Shown piece after piece: positions 17,212 to 25,929 of a stretch of 60,339 nt of DNA. Positions within the stretch are counted from its first letter, which is position 1; each line of letters starts with the position of its first letter. Made by a program: the position numbers and the translations under genes. The notes below the pieces were generated by a model that had not been told where the DNA came from, did not search any database, and saw nothing but the letters and a program-made list of their open reading frames with translations. The stretch lies in IMG/VR virus record IMGVR_UViG_3300042518_000658, positions 1-60,339 of that record; one strand, written 5' to 3'. This stretch comes from a virus. Taxonomy: Duplodnaviria; Caudoviricetes.

Positions 17212-17476
17212 GAAAGATGTGCAGCCGACCGAGTTCAACGTCTACGGATACTGCGTGACATACAAGAAGGAGGGCCAGTGGATCATTGACCAATGCGACG
17301 AGTATCTGAATTTGCCAGCCCACTATCCGTTCTGCTCGGAAGCCCTAGACAGAGTGGCCTACCTGCGGGAGCGGGGATTTGATTGCCGAGTTGCAGCACT
17401 GCTTGCAGAAAAGTCCGACACCCCCGAAGAGTTTGAAAGGAACAAGATTAATGAGTGCGAAACGGACCCCAATTGA
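17198..17476 (+). CDS. Hypothetical protein
   Basis: Start at MPEDKK with an AAGGAG RBS. Confidence 0.6.
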   Translation: MPEDKKDVQPTEFNVYGYCVTYKKEGQWIIDQCDEYLNLPAHYPFCSEALDRVAYLRERGFDCRVAALLAEKSDTPEEFERNKINECETDPN

Positions 17477-17807
17477 ACAGTTCCTCCCCGCCTACATGAA
17501 GGCGGCGAAGGAGGGCATGACGAAGGAGGCGTTTGCTGAACAGATCGGCGTCAAGCCGTCCACTGTTTACCAGCGTGTCTATGAAATCCGTAAGAACGGC
17601 CACCCCGAGGTGCCGCTTCTCCGGTCGGAGGGAGTCAAGTCCCTCAAGGAAAGGATCGACGCCATACTCGGTGATGCAAAGCCCGAGGCGAAGGCCCCGA
17701 AGCAGAAGGCAAAGGCGAAGGCCGAGCCCAAGGTTGAGGAGCCCAAGTTGGTGGCCGATGACGAAGCCGATGCCGAGGAGCAGACGCTCTCGGAAATCTT
17801 CGGCTGA
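17451..17807 (+). CDS. HTH DNA-binding protein with Lys/Ala/Pro linker and acidic tail
   Basis: TKEAFAEQIGVKPSTVYQRV fits a helix-turn-helix. Confidence 0.7.
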   Translation: MSAKRTPIEQFLPAYMKAAKEGMTKEAFAEQIGVKPSTVYQRVYEIRKNGHPEVPLLRSEGVKSLKERIDAILGDAKPEAKAPKQKAKAKAEPKVEEPKLVADDEADAEEQTLSEIFG

Positions 17808-17825
17808 CCTGTAGGCAGACGGCAT

Positions 17826-17868
17826 GACCGGGGCACTGGAGCATGAGCCTTCAGTGCCCCGGTCTTTT
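17826..17868 (+). terminator. Rho-independent terminator
   Basis: GACCGGGGCACTGGAG...CTTCAGTGCCCCGGTC followed by TTTT. Confidence 0.75.
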
Positions 17869-17903
17869 GGTTAACCCACCCATTTCTTTAAGGACAAAGA
17901 ACT

Positions 17904-18305
17904 ATGAATCTTGTGTTTGCCCCGGCCCGCGACATTAAGAACACCGACTTCGACATGACGGCCCACCATGTCCAGAACGCCAGCCGTGGCACTCGGAGCA
18001 GTGCCATCGACCTCAAGATCAACCCGAGGTGCTTAAGGACTCTGGGCTATGTCCGTGGCGACCGGGTGATCGGCCACTACGATGACAAGAACAGGTCGAT
18101 GACCCTTGAGCGTGTCGGCATTGACGATCCCCGCCCTGCCTACAAGGTTCGGCGTGGCAACGGCAGCCGCATGAAGTCCTGTGCTTTCGTTCGGTTCACC
18201 GTCACTCCAGCAGTGGCCAATGAGTTCTTTGGCTCCGCTGCCCGGCGGGCGTTTGATTTTCTGGAGGCCAACGACAAGGGTGCCGTGTTCGTGGAGGCAA
18301 CCTGA
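17904..18305 (+). CDS. Hypothetical protein
   Basis: TAAGGA RBS; 133 aa. Confidence 0.65.
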   Translation: MNLVFAPARDIKNTDFDMTAHHVQNASRGTRSSAIDLKINPRCLRTLGYVRGDRVIGHYDDKNRSMTLERVGIDDPRPAYKVRRGNGSRMKSCAFVRFTVTPAVANEFFGSAARRAFDFLEANDKGAVFVEAT

Positions 18306-18622
18306 TGGACTACAGCCAGCCCACGAAGAGGCAGATGCGGGTCCTGAGGATGATTGCCAGCGGGGCAGCCAGCGGAATCCAGCCGTCCATACGGGACATT
18401 ATGAAGCGGCTGAGAATCTCCAGCCCCAACGGAGTCACCTGCCACCTTGAGGCCCTTGAAAAGAAGGGCTTCATCAAGCGGTCCAGCCGCAAGGCTTCGA
18501 GGTCCATCGTTGTGAACTGGGACAAGTACCCAGAAGAGCCGCCGCCGAGCCCGAGGGAGACTGCTGCTGCCATAGCCAAGGCCAGCAGGATGTTCCTTCG
18601 GGCACTGGGGAAGTTGCCGTGA
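18305..18622 (+). CDS. LexA-type winged-helix DNA-binding protein lacking the peptidase domain
   Basis: TKRQ..VL..I...PSIRDI......SPNGVTCHLEALEKKGFIKR....RSI matches the LexA N-terminal domain. Confidence 0.85.
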   Translation: MDYSQPTKRQMRVLRMIASGAASGIQPSIRDIMKRLRISSPNGVTCHLEALEKKGFIKRSSRKASRSIVVNWDKYPEEPPPSPRETAAAIAKASRMFLRALGKLP

Positions 18623-18715
18623 GGCTCCCCAGTTGGAACCAACTGCTTCAGTCCCTAGTCCTGATTCGTATGGGTCAGGAACTAGGGACTGACAGCAAGT
18701 TGGCAAGGGCAATTC

Positions 18716-19000
18716 ATGCCCTCATTGAAGTTTGTTTATCCCTATTCAGGTAAGGAGTTGACTGTGGGCAAGCCTGCTTGGACTGAGAAGGTGCAGCGGG
18801 GGATGTGGCTAATCGTTGCCCGGTCCCCAACGGTTATGGCTGCCGAAATGGGCGACGTATTCCTTGGCAAGGAGGACAGCGAGGCGGTTCGTGCCGCTTC
18901 TCGCTACGCCGATTATCACTGGGACGCAACAAGAAAGGACGATGAGGATGACAGTGAACGAGGCGATTCAACTGGCGACGGTGGTGGGGTGGAGGGTTAG
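18716..19000 (+). CDS. Hypothetical protein
   Basis: 94-aa ORF following the long hairpin at 18639-18703. Confidence 0.5.
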   Translation: MPSLKFVYPYSGKELTVGKPAWTEKVQRGMWLIVARSPTVMAAEMGDVFLGKEDSEAVRAASRYADYHWDATRKDDEDDSERGDSTGDGGGVEG

Positions 19001-19247
19001 GTCAGACAATGGCGAGTGGTGTTCGTTTCCGTTTTGCACTTCAAAGATTCTGCGGGTTGTCCGGCTGGTGAAGGAGTGCAGGAAAGGCGGAAACGTCTGG
19101 TACGAACAGGGAATCTTGGTTGAAGTTCCCGCCAATATGCAGGTCAAGAAGCGGTATCACACCGAGGTCAGGAAGTACAACGCAAAGTTCATCGCCCAAC
19201 TGGAAGAGGCCAAACAGATTGCACCCGTGTTGGAGTTCTGCACCTAA
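18948..19247 (+). CDS. Hypothetical protein
   Basis: Start at MTVNEAI with an AAGGA RBS. Confidence 0.55.
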   Translation: MTVNEAIQLATVVGWRVRSDNGEWCSFPFCTSKILRVVRLVKECRKGGNVWYEQGILVEVPANMQVKKRYHTEVRKYNAKFIAQLEEAKQIAPVLEFCT

Positions 19248-19258
19248 GGGAAAGACCT

Positions 19259-20131
19259 ATGCCAAAGTTCTATGGCTACTGCCGGGCTTCGACGGCAGGT
19301 CAGCAATACACTTTCGAGGCACAGCAGAAGGCTATCACTCAAGCCTATGAGTCCAAGTACAAGGTCGAAGGCTATGAGTGGGGTGGGTTCTACGAGGACA
19401 AGGCTACGTCAGGCGGCAAGCCATTCACCGAGCGGCCCAAAGGTCTTGCCTTGTGGGTGACAGCACAGAGCGGGGACATGATTTGCTGGGCCAAGATGGA
19501 CCGGGCATTTAGAAATGTCTTTGACGCCACCACCTTGCTGGAAATGTTCTCCACCAAGGGGGTCAAGATGCTCTCCTTGGACATCGCCCTCGACACCGGC
19601 ACTGCACTCGGCAAGTTCGTGATGCACCTGCTGGCTTCGGTGGCGGAACTGGAACGGGAGTGGATCAGGACTCGGACCAAGGATGCACTGGCGATCCGGC
19701 AGGAGAAGGGGCTGCCTCACTCCCGCAGGCCACCTATTGGGTGGAAGAAAAGGCCTGACGGATGGTGGGTCCACGACGATGCCGAGCGGAAGTTAATCGA
19801 CTGGGCCATCGACCTGAACGCCACAGGTGTCAGTTGGGACAAGATCGTGGAACGGCTCAGGGTGGAGGGGATCAGGCGGGCCAACGGAGACAGATACCAC
19901 CAGCCTTGGTTTCACTATGCCGTCAAGGCGAAGGCTGCTGGCTACCCCGGTCGGGATGGGTGGCGGGAGAACTGTGCCTTTGGCGGTTCAGTCAGGAGGA
20001 AGGGAGCAAAGGCCTATCGTCGGCTGATTAAGGCTGCTCCTCATACGCCTCCCGAAGTTTGTCCAAGTGACCCATCAGAATCTTCTTCGCCGTCCGGGGA
20101 TCACGACCAGACTCCCGGCCAAACGCCTTGA
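19259..20131 (+). CDS. Serine recombinase (resolvase/invertase family) with C-terminal extension
   Basis: YGYCRAST (catalytic Ser), EDKATSG, RP, KMDRAFRN, AELEREWIRTRT and PPIGW. Confidence 0.93.
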   Translation: MPKFYGYCRASTAGQQYTFEAQQKAITQAYESKYKVEGYEWGGFYEDKATSGGKPFTERPKGLALWVTAQSGDMICWAKMDRAFRNVFDATTLLEMFSTKGVKMLSLDIALDTGTALGKFVMHLLASVAELEREWIRTRTKDALAIRQEKGLPHSRRPPIGWKKRPDGWWVHDDAERKLIDWAIDLNATGVSWDKIVERLRVEGIRRANGDRYHQPWFHYAVKAKAAGYPGRDGWRENCAFGGSVRRKGAKAYRRLIKAAPHTPPEVCPSDPSESSSPSGDHDQTPGQTP

Positions 20132-20540
20132 AACTGGCACCTTCAAAGACGTACTTCTCGATCCACGACCGCTCTTCTTCGGTCAACTGAAGCAGGGCAG
20201 GGAGGGCCGACTCTCCCTGCTCTCGCTTCGGCGGCTGCCTGCGGTGGATTTCCTCTAGTGGAATCCGCTTGATGGAATGGGCTTGGGTTTTTATTTCTTT
20301 CTGCACTTCCCGAAGCATGGCGTTCTTGATGGCCACCGAGAAGTAAGCGGACAGGCCTATCCCCCTAGTGGGATCGTAGGTCTTGGCCGCTTTACAACAC
20401 GCTACATAGGCCGCACTCTCTAAGTCACAACACTCGGCCACTTGCCTGACGCAAGGCATTGAATTGAGGAAGGTCCTGATGCAAACCGGGACCAACTTCA
20501 TCGCCTGCTCGGCAACTTCCTGCTGCTCGGAGGACAACAT
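20028..20540 (-). CDS. Sigma-70 family RNA polymerase sigma factor
   Basis: Region 2 DLESAAYVACCKAAKTYDPTRGIGLSAYFSVAIKNAM and region 4 LTEEERSWI..YVFEGASFKAFG...AKKI. Confidence 0.85.
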   Translation of the reverse strand: MLSSEQQEVAEQAMKLVPVCIRTFLNSMPCVRQVAECCDLESAAYVACCKAAKTYDPTRGIGLSAYFSVAIKNAMLREVQKEIKTQAHSIKRIPLEEIHRRQPPKREQGESALPALLQLTEEERSWIEKYVFEGASFKAFGRESGRDPRTAKKILMGHLDKLREAYEEQP

Positions 20541-20744
20541 TTACTGGTATCCGTACCGTGTAAAAGTATCTTCCCTGATGACCACCCGGCAGGCTCTTTC
20601 GTGGCAATCCCTGCATCTCCACTTGTCCGTCACCACCCCAAACGTATCGCACCCGTACACACCTGCGCGCCCGCACTCATGGCACGGCTTAGGGCTACGC
20701 TTTTCTGCTGCCTCAGGCTTAACGGAACTGCGGCGTTTGAACAT
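20541..20744 (-). CDS. Small zinc-finger protein
   Basis: CHECG...YG...WRCRDCH. Confidence 0.55.
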   Translation of the reverse strand: MFKRRSSVKPEAAEKRSPKPCHECGRAGVYGCDTFGVVTDKWRCRDCHERACRVVIREDTFTRYGYQ

Positions 20745-20777
20745 GGGGTTTAGGCTATCAACGCCCAGCCTGAGCCG

Positions 20778-21128
20778 TCAGGGGCATTCAGGACTGTTAT
20801 CCCCGGGCATCCGCAACTTCACGGGCCGACGCCGGTTCTCCCGGCAGAACTCCATGATCTTCTCGCGGGCACGGACTGGGTCTACATCCATCGCCTCACA
20901 GCACTCTTCAAAGGTGATTGCCCCAACGCCACCGCTGATCCAAGCCTTGGCATGGGCCTTCTGGTAGAGGAGTTCCTTATCAATTCCACCCTTTCCGGTT
21001 AACTTCCACCGGCTTCCGGGCTTGCACAACTTGCTTGAGGACTCCATCTGCTGGACCCCCTGAAGCAGGACGCTGGAACACAGTGCCCTCCATGCACCGG
21101 CCAAGGCCTGCGGCTCGATGTCGATCAT
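20778..21128 (-). CDS. Hypothetical phage protein
   Basis: Start at MIDIEP (ATGA overlap); motif AKAW...FEECCEAMDVDPVRAREK. Confidence 0.65.
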   Translation of the reverse strand: MIDIEPQALAGAWRALCSSVLLQGVQQMESSSKLCKPGSRWKLTGKGGIDKELLYQKAHAKAWISGGVGAITFEECCEAMDVDPVRAREKIMEFCRENRRRPVKLRMPGDNSPECP

Positions 21129-21331
21129 GCCTTCTCCTTGCTTAACTCCCACACCTTGACCTTGAGGTTGAGCCTTTCTTCCCTTAGGCGATCTGCCTCC
21201 ATTGCGTGGCCGAGTGACCGATTCATCCACAGGTCCCGCTCCTCTCTTAGGCGTTTGACTTCTTCTTGCAGCCGGTAGATTTCAGGTTCTTGCTGTTCAC
21301 TTGCTGGCACTTGCACGTTCCTCCCGGTCAA
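21125..21331 (-). CDS. Small coiled-coil protein
   Basis: EIYRLQEEVKRLREERD heptads; exact start uncertain. Confidence 0.55.
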   Translation of the reverse strand: MTGRNVQVPASEQQEPEIYRLQEEVKRLREERDLWMNRSLGHAMEADRLREERLNLKVKVWELSKEKA

Positions 21332-21644
21332 AGTGACAAGCCATCATCAGGTTGGCGGCGGCATGGCCAAGGTGATCCTCGGTCATGTCTCCGTCCAAGA
21401 AGTTGAAGATGTGGGCCAAGGCATGATTCAGGATGTCTCCCATTGGCATACCCTTCTGCCAATTCTTCTCGCCAAATCTGGCGGCACCGTGAGCCATCGC
21501 CACGGCTACCCTCCTCACCCCTTCGGCTGGCACTAGGTCGTACCGTTCGTTGAGGCTGGACCGTGCGGCCCCGGTCGCGTACCGATGGATTCCACCATCC
21601 TCGACAGGTCGGCCAAGTCCTTCAGCCTGATGGTCAGGAGCCAC
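21297..21644 (-). CDS. dATP/dGTP diphosphohydrolase domain protein (DUF5664-like)
   Basis: TGAAR...RYDLVP...GAARFGEKNWQKG...HALAH...EDHLGHAAAN; start uncertain because it overlaps the resolvase. Confidence 0.8.
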   Translation of the reverse strand: MAPDHQAEGLGRPVEDGGIHRYATGAARSSLNERYDLVPAEGVRRVAVAMAHGAARFGEKNWQKGMPMGDILNHALAHIFNFLDGDMTEDHLGHAAANLMMACHFDREERASASK

Positions 21645-21916
21645 CCCTCCCGTGCCCGGTTCGTCCGGTGGCACAAGATCGGCAACTTCCCGTGGCACTG
21701 ATCCGCAGCCTTCTCTATCGCCTCTGGGACATTCAGTTTTTGGACCCGCTTCGACTCCACGAAAACATCCGGCAACTCCAGTATCAGGACATCGGAGTCT
21801 CCGGCATTGCCGCAGTGCTGCTGGGTCCGTCGCGCTTCCCACCCGAACAATTCTTTCAGCGTATGGCATAGTTCTCTTTCCCCTGCGGCTCCCTTAGTTC
21901 TTGAGTTGATAGGCAT
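21533..21916 (-). CDS. Holliday-junction resolvase-like PD-(D/E)XK nuclease
   Basis: NSRTKGAAGERE...SDV...VESKR pattern. Confidence 0.8.
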   Translation of the reverse strand: MPINSRTKGAAGERELCHTLKELFGWEARRTQQHCGNAGDSDVLILELPDVFVESKRVQKLNVPEAIEKAADQCHGKLPILCHRTNRAREGWLLTIRLKDLADLSRMVESIGTRPGPHGPASTNGTT

Positions 21917-22137
21917 TAACGTATCTCTGTGTGTTTGAAGTGGCAGTCATACACACCCTCATGCTCAGTGGGCATGAGCGTGTACTGGTAGACGTAGATA
22001 GCCCCGTTGTCTGTGATGTAGTGGAACCCCTTCTCGGTGTCGCGGCACAGCCGGACGGACCCGCCGTCAATCGGGCCACCCAAGACGGGCAGCCACACCT
22101 CGTCACGACGCCTACGCCGCCGTCTACCTTTTCGCAT
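21916..22137 (-). CDS. Small hypothetical protein
   Basis: MRKGRRRRRR...VLGGPIDG motif; TAATG coupling to the resolvase. Confidence 0.55.
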   Translation of the reverse strand: MRKGRRRRRRRDEVWLPVLGGPIDGGSVRLCRDTEKGFHYITDNGAIYVYQYTLMPTEHEGVYDCHFKHTEIR

Positions 22138-22501
22138 TGATCTCCCTCTCTTGTATGGCCCAATCTGGCAAGGGCTTCTTGTCTTCACGAAGACCCACCC
22201 GACCCATAAGGCTGGCAAGAAAAGGAATATCAACTTCTCCATCCTCATCCTCCTTCGCTTGCAGTATCTGACCAAGGGTCAGGGATTTGCTGCCTCCTGA
22301 GTGATAGCCATAGTGACACTCGTTACATACCATCAATAGGTTCCGGTGATGGTGAGGGTCCTTGCCCCTGCGTCCTACGATATGGTGCAGTTCACAAGTC
22401 CTGCCGGGACGGAACTTTCGCCAGTAGCAGACGGCACACCGGACGGACTGCTCGGCATAAACAGCCAGCAGACGTTTCGATCTTTCGCGTTGCTTGCTCA
22501 T
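22124..22501 (-). CDS. HNH endonuclease
   Basis: CAVC...ELHHI...NLLMVCNECH. Confidence 0.85.
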   Translation of the reverse strand: MSKQRERSKRLLAVYAEQSVRCAVCYWRKFRPGRTCELHHIVGRRGKDPHHHRNLLMVCNECHYGYHSGGSKSLTLGQILQAKEDEDGEVDIPFLASLMGRVGLREDKKPLPDWAIQEREINAKR

Positions 22502-22539
22502 GCCCCAGTTGTAAAGGCGATGTCAAGTCACATCCATCT

Positions 22540-23259
22540 TTACTTTTTCAGAAATTCTTCCGCCCGTGCGATGTCCTCTGGGCCGACAACATCTCGCACC
22601 CTCTTGGCGTTCCAGTCGATGAATGACTGGAGTTCTTCCCCGTGCTTGTAGTCAGGGTGGATCTTGGCCATGTCCAACATCAGCCTGACGTAGACCTCCA
22701 TCTCCAGAAAGAACCGCACCGTGTCGATCCTCTCGGCCCCGGTCTGTCCAAGGCTCCTTCTGCAAACACACCCATTCCCATAAGCCACCCACTCGTTGAG
22801 CAGGTACAGCGGCTCGGCGTTCCACCACTTCCGCTGGTCCACCAAGTAGGTCTGGTAGATGGTCCGGCGGTCCTTCTCGGGAACCCGGACGGCGATGTCT
22901 GCCAACGTGAACGGCGGGTGGGTCAGGATGACTCCCTTGCCATCCATCAAATAAAGGCCCTGCTTGCCCTTCTGGCGGGCGATCTGGGAGTTGATGTAGT
23001 GGGTGCCCTCATGTACCCAAGTGACGGGATCGGCGTCGTAATACGAATGCTGGGCGGGCAGCCTGCTTTCTACATCTGAGACAGCGGAAGAGACATGGCG
23101 AAAGTGCTTAGTGGACGGGACATCTACAAACGCCAAAGCCCCACCGATACGGTGAGGCCTTGGTATCTGAACATTAGGAAACACCTTGCCCTCCGGCCTC
23201 TGGGGTCGAGCCCCAAAGGCCAAGAGGAGTATCAGTAGGGTGTTCTTAAGGGGTGGCAC
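22540..23259 (-). CDS. Secreted zinc-metallopeptidase-like protein
   Basis: Signal-peptide-like N-terminus (KNTLLILLLAFGA); TWVHEGTH (HExxH) and a downstream LNEWVAY that may supply the third ligand. Confidence 0.65.
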   Translation of the reverse strand: MPPLKNTLLILLLAFGARPQRPEGKVFPNVQIPRPHRIGGALAFVDVPSTKHFRHVSSAVSDVESRLPAQHSYYDADPVTWVHEGTHYINSQIARQKGKQGLYLMDGKGVILTHPPFTLADIAVRVPEKDRRTIYQTYLVDQRKWWNAEPLYLLNEWVAYGNGCVCRRSLGQTGAERIDTVRFFLEMEVYVRLMLDMAKIHPDYKHGEELQSFIDWNAKRVRDVVGPEDIARAEEFLKK

Positions 23260-23265
23260 ATATGG

Positions 23266-23296
23266 TTTATGTCACCGGGGGCTGGAGAACGGGTCA
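23266..23296 (-). promoter_or_regulatory. Putative phage-sigma promoter TGACCCG-N16-GACATAAA
   Basis: Copy of the four-site consensus, ending 6 nt before the GTG at 23259. Confidence 0.6.
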
Positions 23297-23631
23297 TCCA
23301 CAAGGTCTTCGGGCTTCTGCCGAAACTTCACCCAGCCCGAGCCATCCATCCAGTTGCCCATCTTGTCCTTACGCCGAGGGTAAAGAGCCCCGTCCTGCCG
23401 ACGCTGGCCGAACGACAGGCTTGACCCACAGTCAAGGCACTTCATTTCGTAGTAGTGGTTACCGGCATTCTCCCTGACCACAGGGATGGTCCTCTGGGAA
23501 TCACAAGCACCGCACTGGGAATTGGAGAACACCTCGACTGCCCCAGCCAACTGGGTAAATACATCCTTGGCGTCTTTCCCTTCCACCTCGACCTCGATCT
23601 TCTCTGACTTATAGCGAACCCTCATATCCAT
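23272..23631 (-). CDS. Zinc-ribbon hypothetical protein
   Basis: CGAC and CLDC motifs; TAAGGAG RBS; acidic DDPF near the C-terminus, reminiscent of SSB tails. Confidence 0.7.
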   Translation of the reverse strand: MDMRVRYKSEKIEVEVEGKDAKDVFTQLAGAVEVFSNSQCGACDSQRTIPVVRENAGNHYYEMKCLDCGSSLSFGQRRQDGALYPRRKDKMGNWMDGSGWVKFRQKPEDLVDDPFSSPR

Positions 23632-23644
23632 ATCTCCTTAGTAA

Positions 23645-24050
23645 TCGCCATTAGTTACCCTCAGGTGCAGAGCAACATCCCTCATGGTTCCCCCCTTCTC
23701 CCCCAACCTGCGGCTGGGTACTGGAGAAGTTGGTCAACCACCTGTTTATCCTCGTCACCGAGTGGAAGCCCGACACCTATGACGTTATCTCTGGCCGCCG
23801 CACACAACTCTTGTGGTAAGGGGAACCATGTAGACCGGGACGTTGTTGCATTGCTGGATCAATTACCAGCCCGTTGCCCGGATTTACCTGACCCTAGGTC
23901 AGGCGGTTGTGTGTTGTACAGCGTTGTCCGACAGTCCGATTCTGCCTCCGCAGGTTCTTTAGGCTCGCGTCTTTTTATGGTTGGAACGGCGAGTAAATAG
24001 ACAACCAGTTCATGGTACTGCGTCAGTCAAGCCTGCCCATCTTTACATTG
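23645..24050 (-). ncRNA. Candidate structured RNA or structured leader (possibly a replication origin)
   Basis: Intergenic stretch of about 400 nt with a long-range 11-bp perfect helix (23683-23693 with 23820-23830), a flanking helix and several hairpins; G-U pairs favour the minus strand. Confidence 0.45.
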
Positions 24051-24053
24051 CTT

Positions 24054-25751
24054 TCAGTGGGCTGATTTCCAGAGCGCGTGTCTTTGCTTTTCAAACTCAC
24101 GCTTAAACCCGTTGCTCTTTCCGGGCTTGCCGCGAACCGGGACTGGCGTCCCAGTGGCTTCTGCGTGAGCCTGAGCCTTCTGTGCCGCAGACTTTTCGGC
24201 AGCGTGTCGGCGGTTGATCTCGTTGGTAAAAGCCTGCTTCCACATTGGAGTCAGGCGGGCCTCCCGAACGGCCCACTCCAGATAGGAAGTCTTCACCAGC
24301 GGGGAGGACAGTGGCTGCCCTTTCCATTTCCCAAACGGAAAACGGAACTCCCGGCGATGGGCGGTCTTCCTGTCAGCCAGTGCGAACGGGTCTCGATCCT
24401 CGGAGCCGAACGTCACGCCAACGACCAAGGACTGCTTCCGTCTCCGCTCCTCTTCCCTTTGGAGGCGGGCCGCTTCAGCCTCGGCCTTCAGTTCAGCCTC
24501 AACCGCAGCGTCGATGTCCTCAATGGTGGCGTCCTCGGGCAACTCCTCCTTGACCTTGTCCACGATCTTGCGTGGCTGGCCCGCTAGGACCTCCACAGCA
24601 GACATGATCTGGTGGCAGCGGGTGGTGTCGGTCAAATCGAACACCCTGAAAAACGGCTTGTCTGAGGCCGCGATGGCAGCCAGCCGCTCTTCTCGGGTCT
24701 CTAGCCCATCCAAAACCTTGTCCAGCGTCCGGGTGGCACGGCCAATTCGTTGAACATATTTGGCAAGGCTCTTGGTTGGCTTTGCCATATAGACTTCGGC
24801 CACTGGTGGATGGTCAAAGCCTGCGGAAAGTATGTCCACGTTAACGATCAGGTCTCTGGCTCCGCTCTTAAAGCAGCCGATCTCCTGCTCGTACTCCTCG
24901 TCGGACTGGTAAGAGTGGACAAGGGAAACATCCATGCCATGCCGGTCCACCATGATCTCCCTGAGCCGGGTGGCATGGCGAACGGAGTGGGCGAATATGA
25001 TTCCCTGCTTGCCCGGAACGTGCTGCTCCTTGACCAGACCAACGATGTCGTGGAGTGCGGCCTCCGATGACAGGATGGCGTCGAGTTCCCGGGGATCGAA
25101 GTCTTCTCTGGCCTTCTTTGCCAGCCCCTTAAGGTCAATCGACTTGACCTGATGGACCGTCACCCTCGGGCCGACCAGCCAGCCGTCTCGGATCGCCTCC
25201 CTAAGGGGCAGGCACCAAGACAACTTGTCGTAGAACCCAAGCAGGTTCTTCTTGTCTGACCTGTATGCCGTGGCCGTACAGCCCAGCACCCTAGCCCCCG
25301 CATCCACGAACTGATTAAGGACATCCCGGCACAGGACCGTGAAGTTGATGTGGGCTTCGTCCACAACTACTAAGTCCACCTTGCCTAGGAACCGCTTGTA
25401 CCTGTCGTTGCTGACCAGCGTGTCCCAACTGGCAACCACAAACTCGGTCTCGGGGATAGCCCACAGGTCTGCCTGCTCTATGTCAGCCTCGCAATTCCTG
25501 AGGCCCCTAATCTGCCTGACGGTTTGCAGGATGAGTTCACGCCTCGGGACAATCACCAATGTCCTCGCCCCCTCCTTAGGCAAAAGGACAAAGGTTCTCG
25601 TCTTGCCCATACCCGTGGGCATTTCGATCAGCAATCGCTTCAGGCCAGACCGCCAGTCCTGACGAAGCAGGTTCTGGGCCTCCTTCTGATAGGGCCTGAG
25701 GAGGTGGTCAAACAGTGGTAACGCACTACATTTCGCGGCTGTTGCGGCCAT
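24054..25751 (-). CDS. Superfamily II DEAH-box helicase
   Basis: LRPYQ, MPTGMGKT, VVDEAH, TAT, GFDHP and QRIGRATR motifs; C-terminal FPFGKWKGQPL module. Confidence 0.93.
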   Translation of the reverse strand: MAATAAKCSALPLFDHLLRPYQKEAQNLLRQDWRSGLKRLLIEMPTGMGKTRTFVLLPKEGARTLVIVPRRELILQTVRQIRGLRNCEADIEQADLWAIPETEFVVASWDTLVSNDRYKRFLGKVDLVVVDEAHINFTVLCRDVLNQFVDAGARVLGCTATAYRSDKKNLLGFYDKLSWCLPLREAIRDGWLVGPRVTVHQVKSIDLKGLAKKAREDFDPRELDAILSSEAALHDIVGLVKEQHVPGKQGIIFAHSVRHATRLREIMVDRHGMDVSLVHSYQSDEEYEQEIGCFKSGARDLIVNVDILSAGFDHPPVAEVYMAKPTKSLAKYVQRIGRATRTLDKVLDGLETREERLAAIAASDKPFFRVFDLTDTTRCHQIMSAVEVLAGQPRKIVDKVKEELPEDATIEDIDAAVEAELKAEAEAARLQREEERRRKQSLVVGVTFGSEDRDPFALADRKTAHRREFRFPFGKWKGQPLSSPLVKTSYLEWAVREARLTPMWKQAFTNEINRRHAAEKSAAQKAQAHAEATGTPVPVRGKPGKSNGFKREFEKQRHALWKSAH

Positions 25752-25929
25752 CCTTAGCCCTCCCTTGATGGTGGTGACTGATCTCTTCCCGCAGAATCCT
25801 CACTGACCTCGGTGCTTCAATCGCCAGACGAATCCCGTACTGGGTATCCCTGACGTACTTCACCCTGATTGGGCCGTCCCTCGTCTCCATGACGATGGAC
25901 TCACCCGGCAGTCGGCTTAAGGCAAGCAT
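25726..25929 (-). CDS. csrA: Carbon storage regulator CsrA-like RNA-binding protein
   Basis: MLALSRLPGESIV...IRLAIEAPRSVRILREEI matches the CsrA consensus MLxLxRxxGESI...VRxGIxAPxxVxIxREE. Confidence 0.88.
   Translation of the reverse strand: MLALSRLPGESIVMETRDGPIRVKYVRDTQYGIRLAIEAPRSVRILREEISHHHQGRAKDGRNSREM

Noticed and set aside
21297-21644. 2-aminoadenine (Z-base) or other modified-genome pathway implied by the dATP/dGTP diphosphohydrolase domain
   Set aside because: No PurZ, dedicated polymerase or modification enzymes were recognised, and this domain is common on its own.
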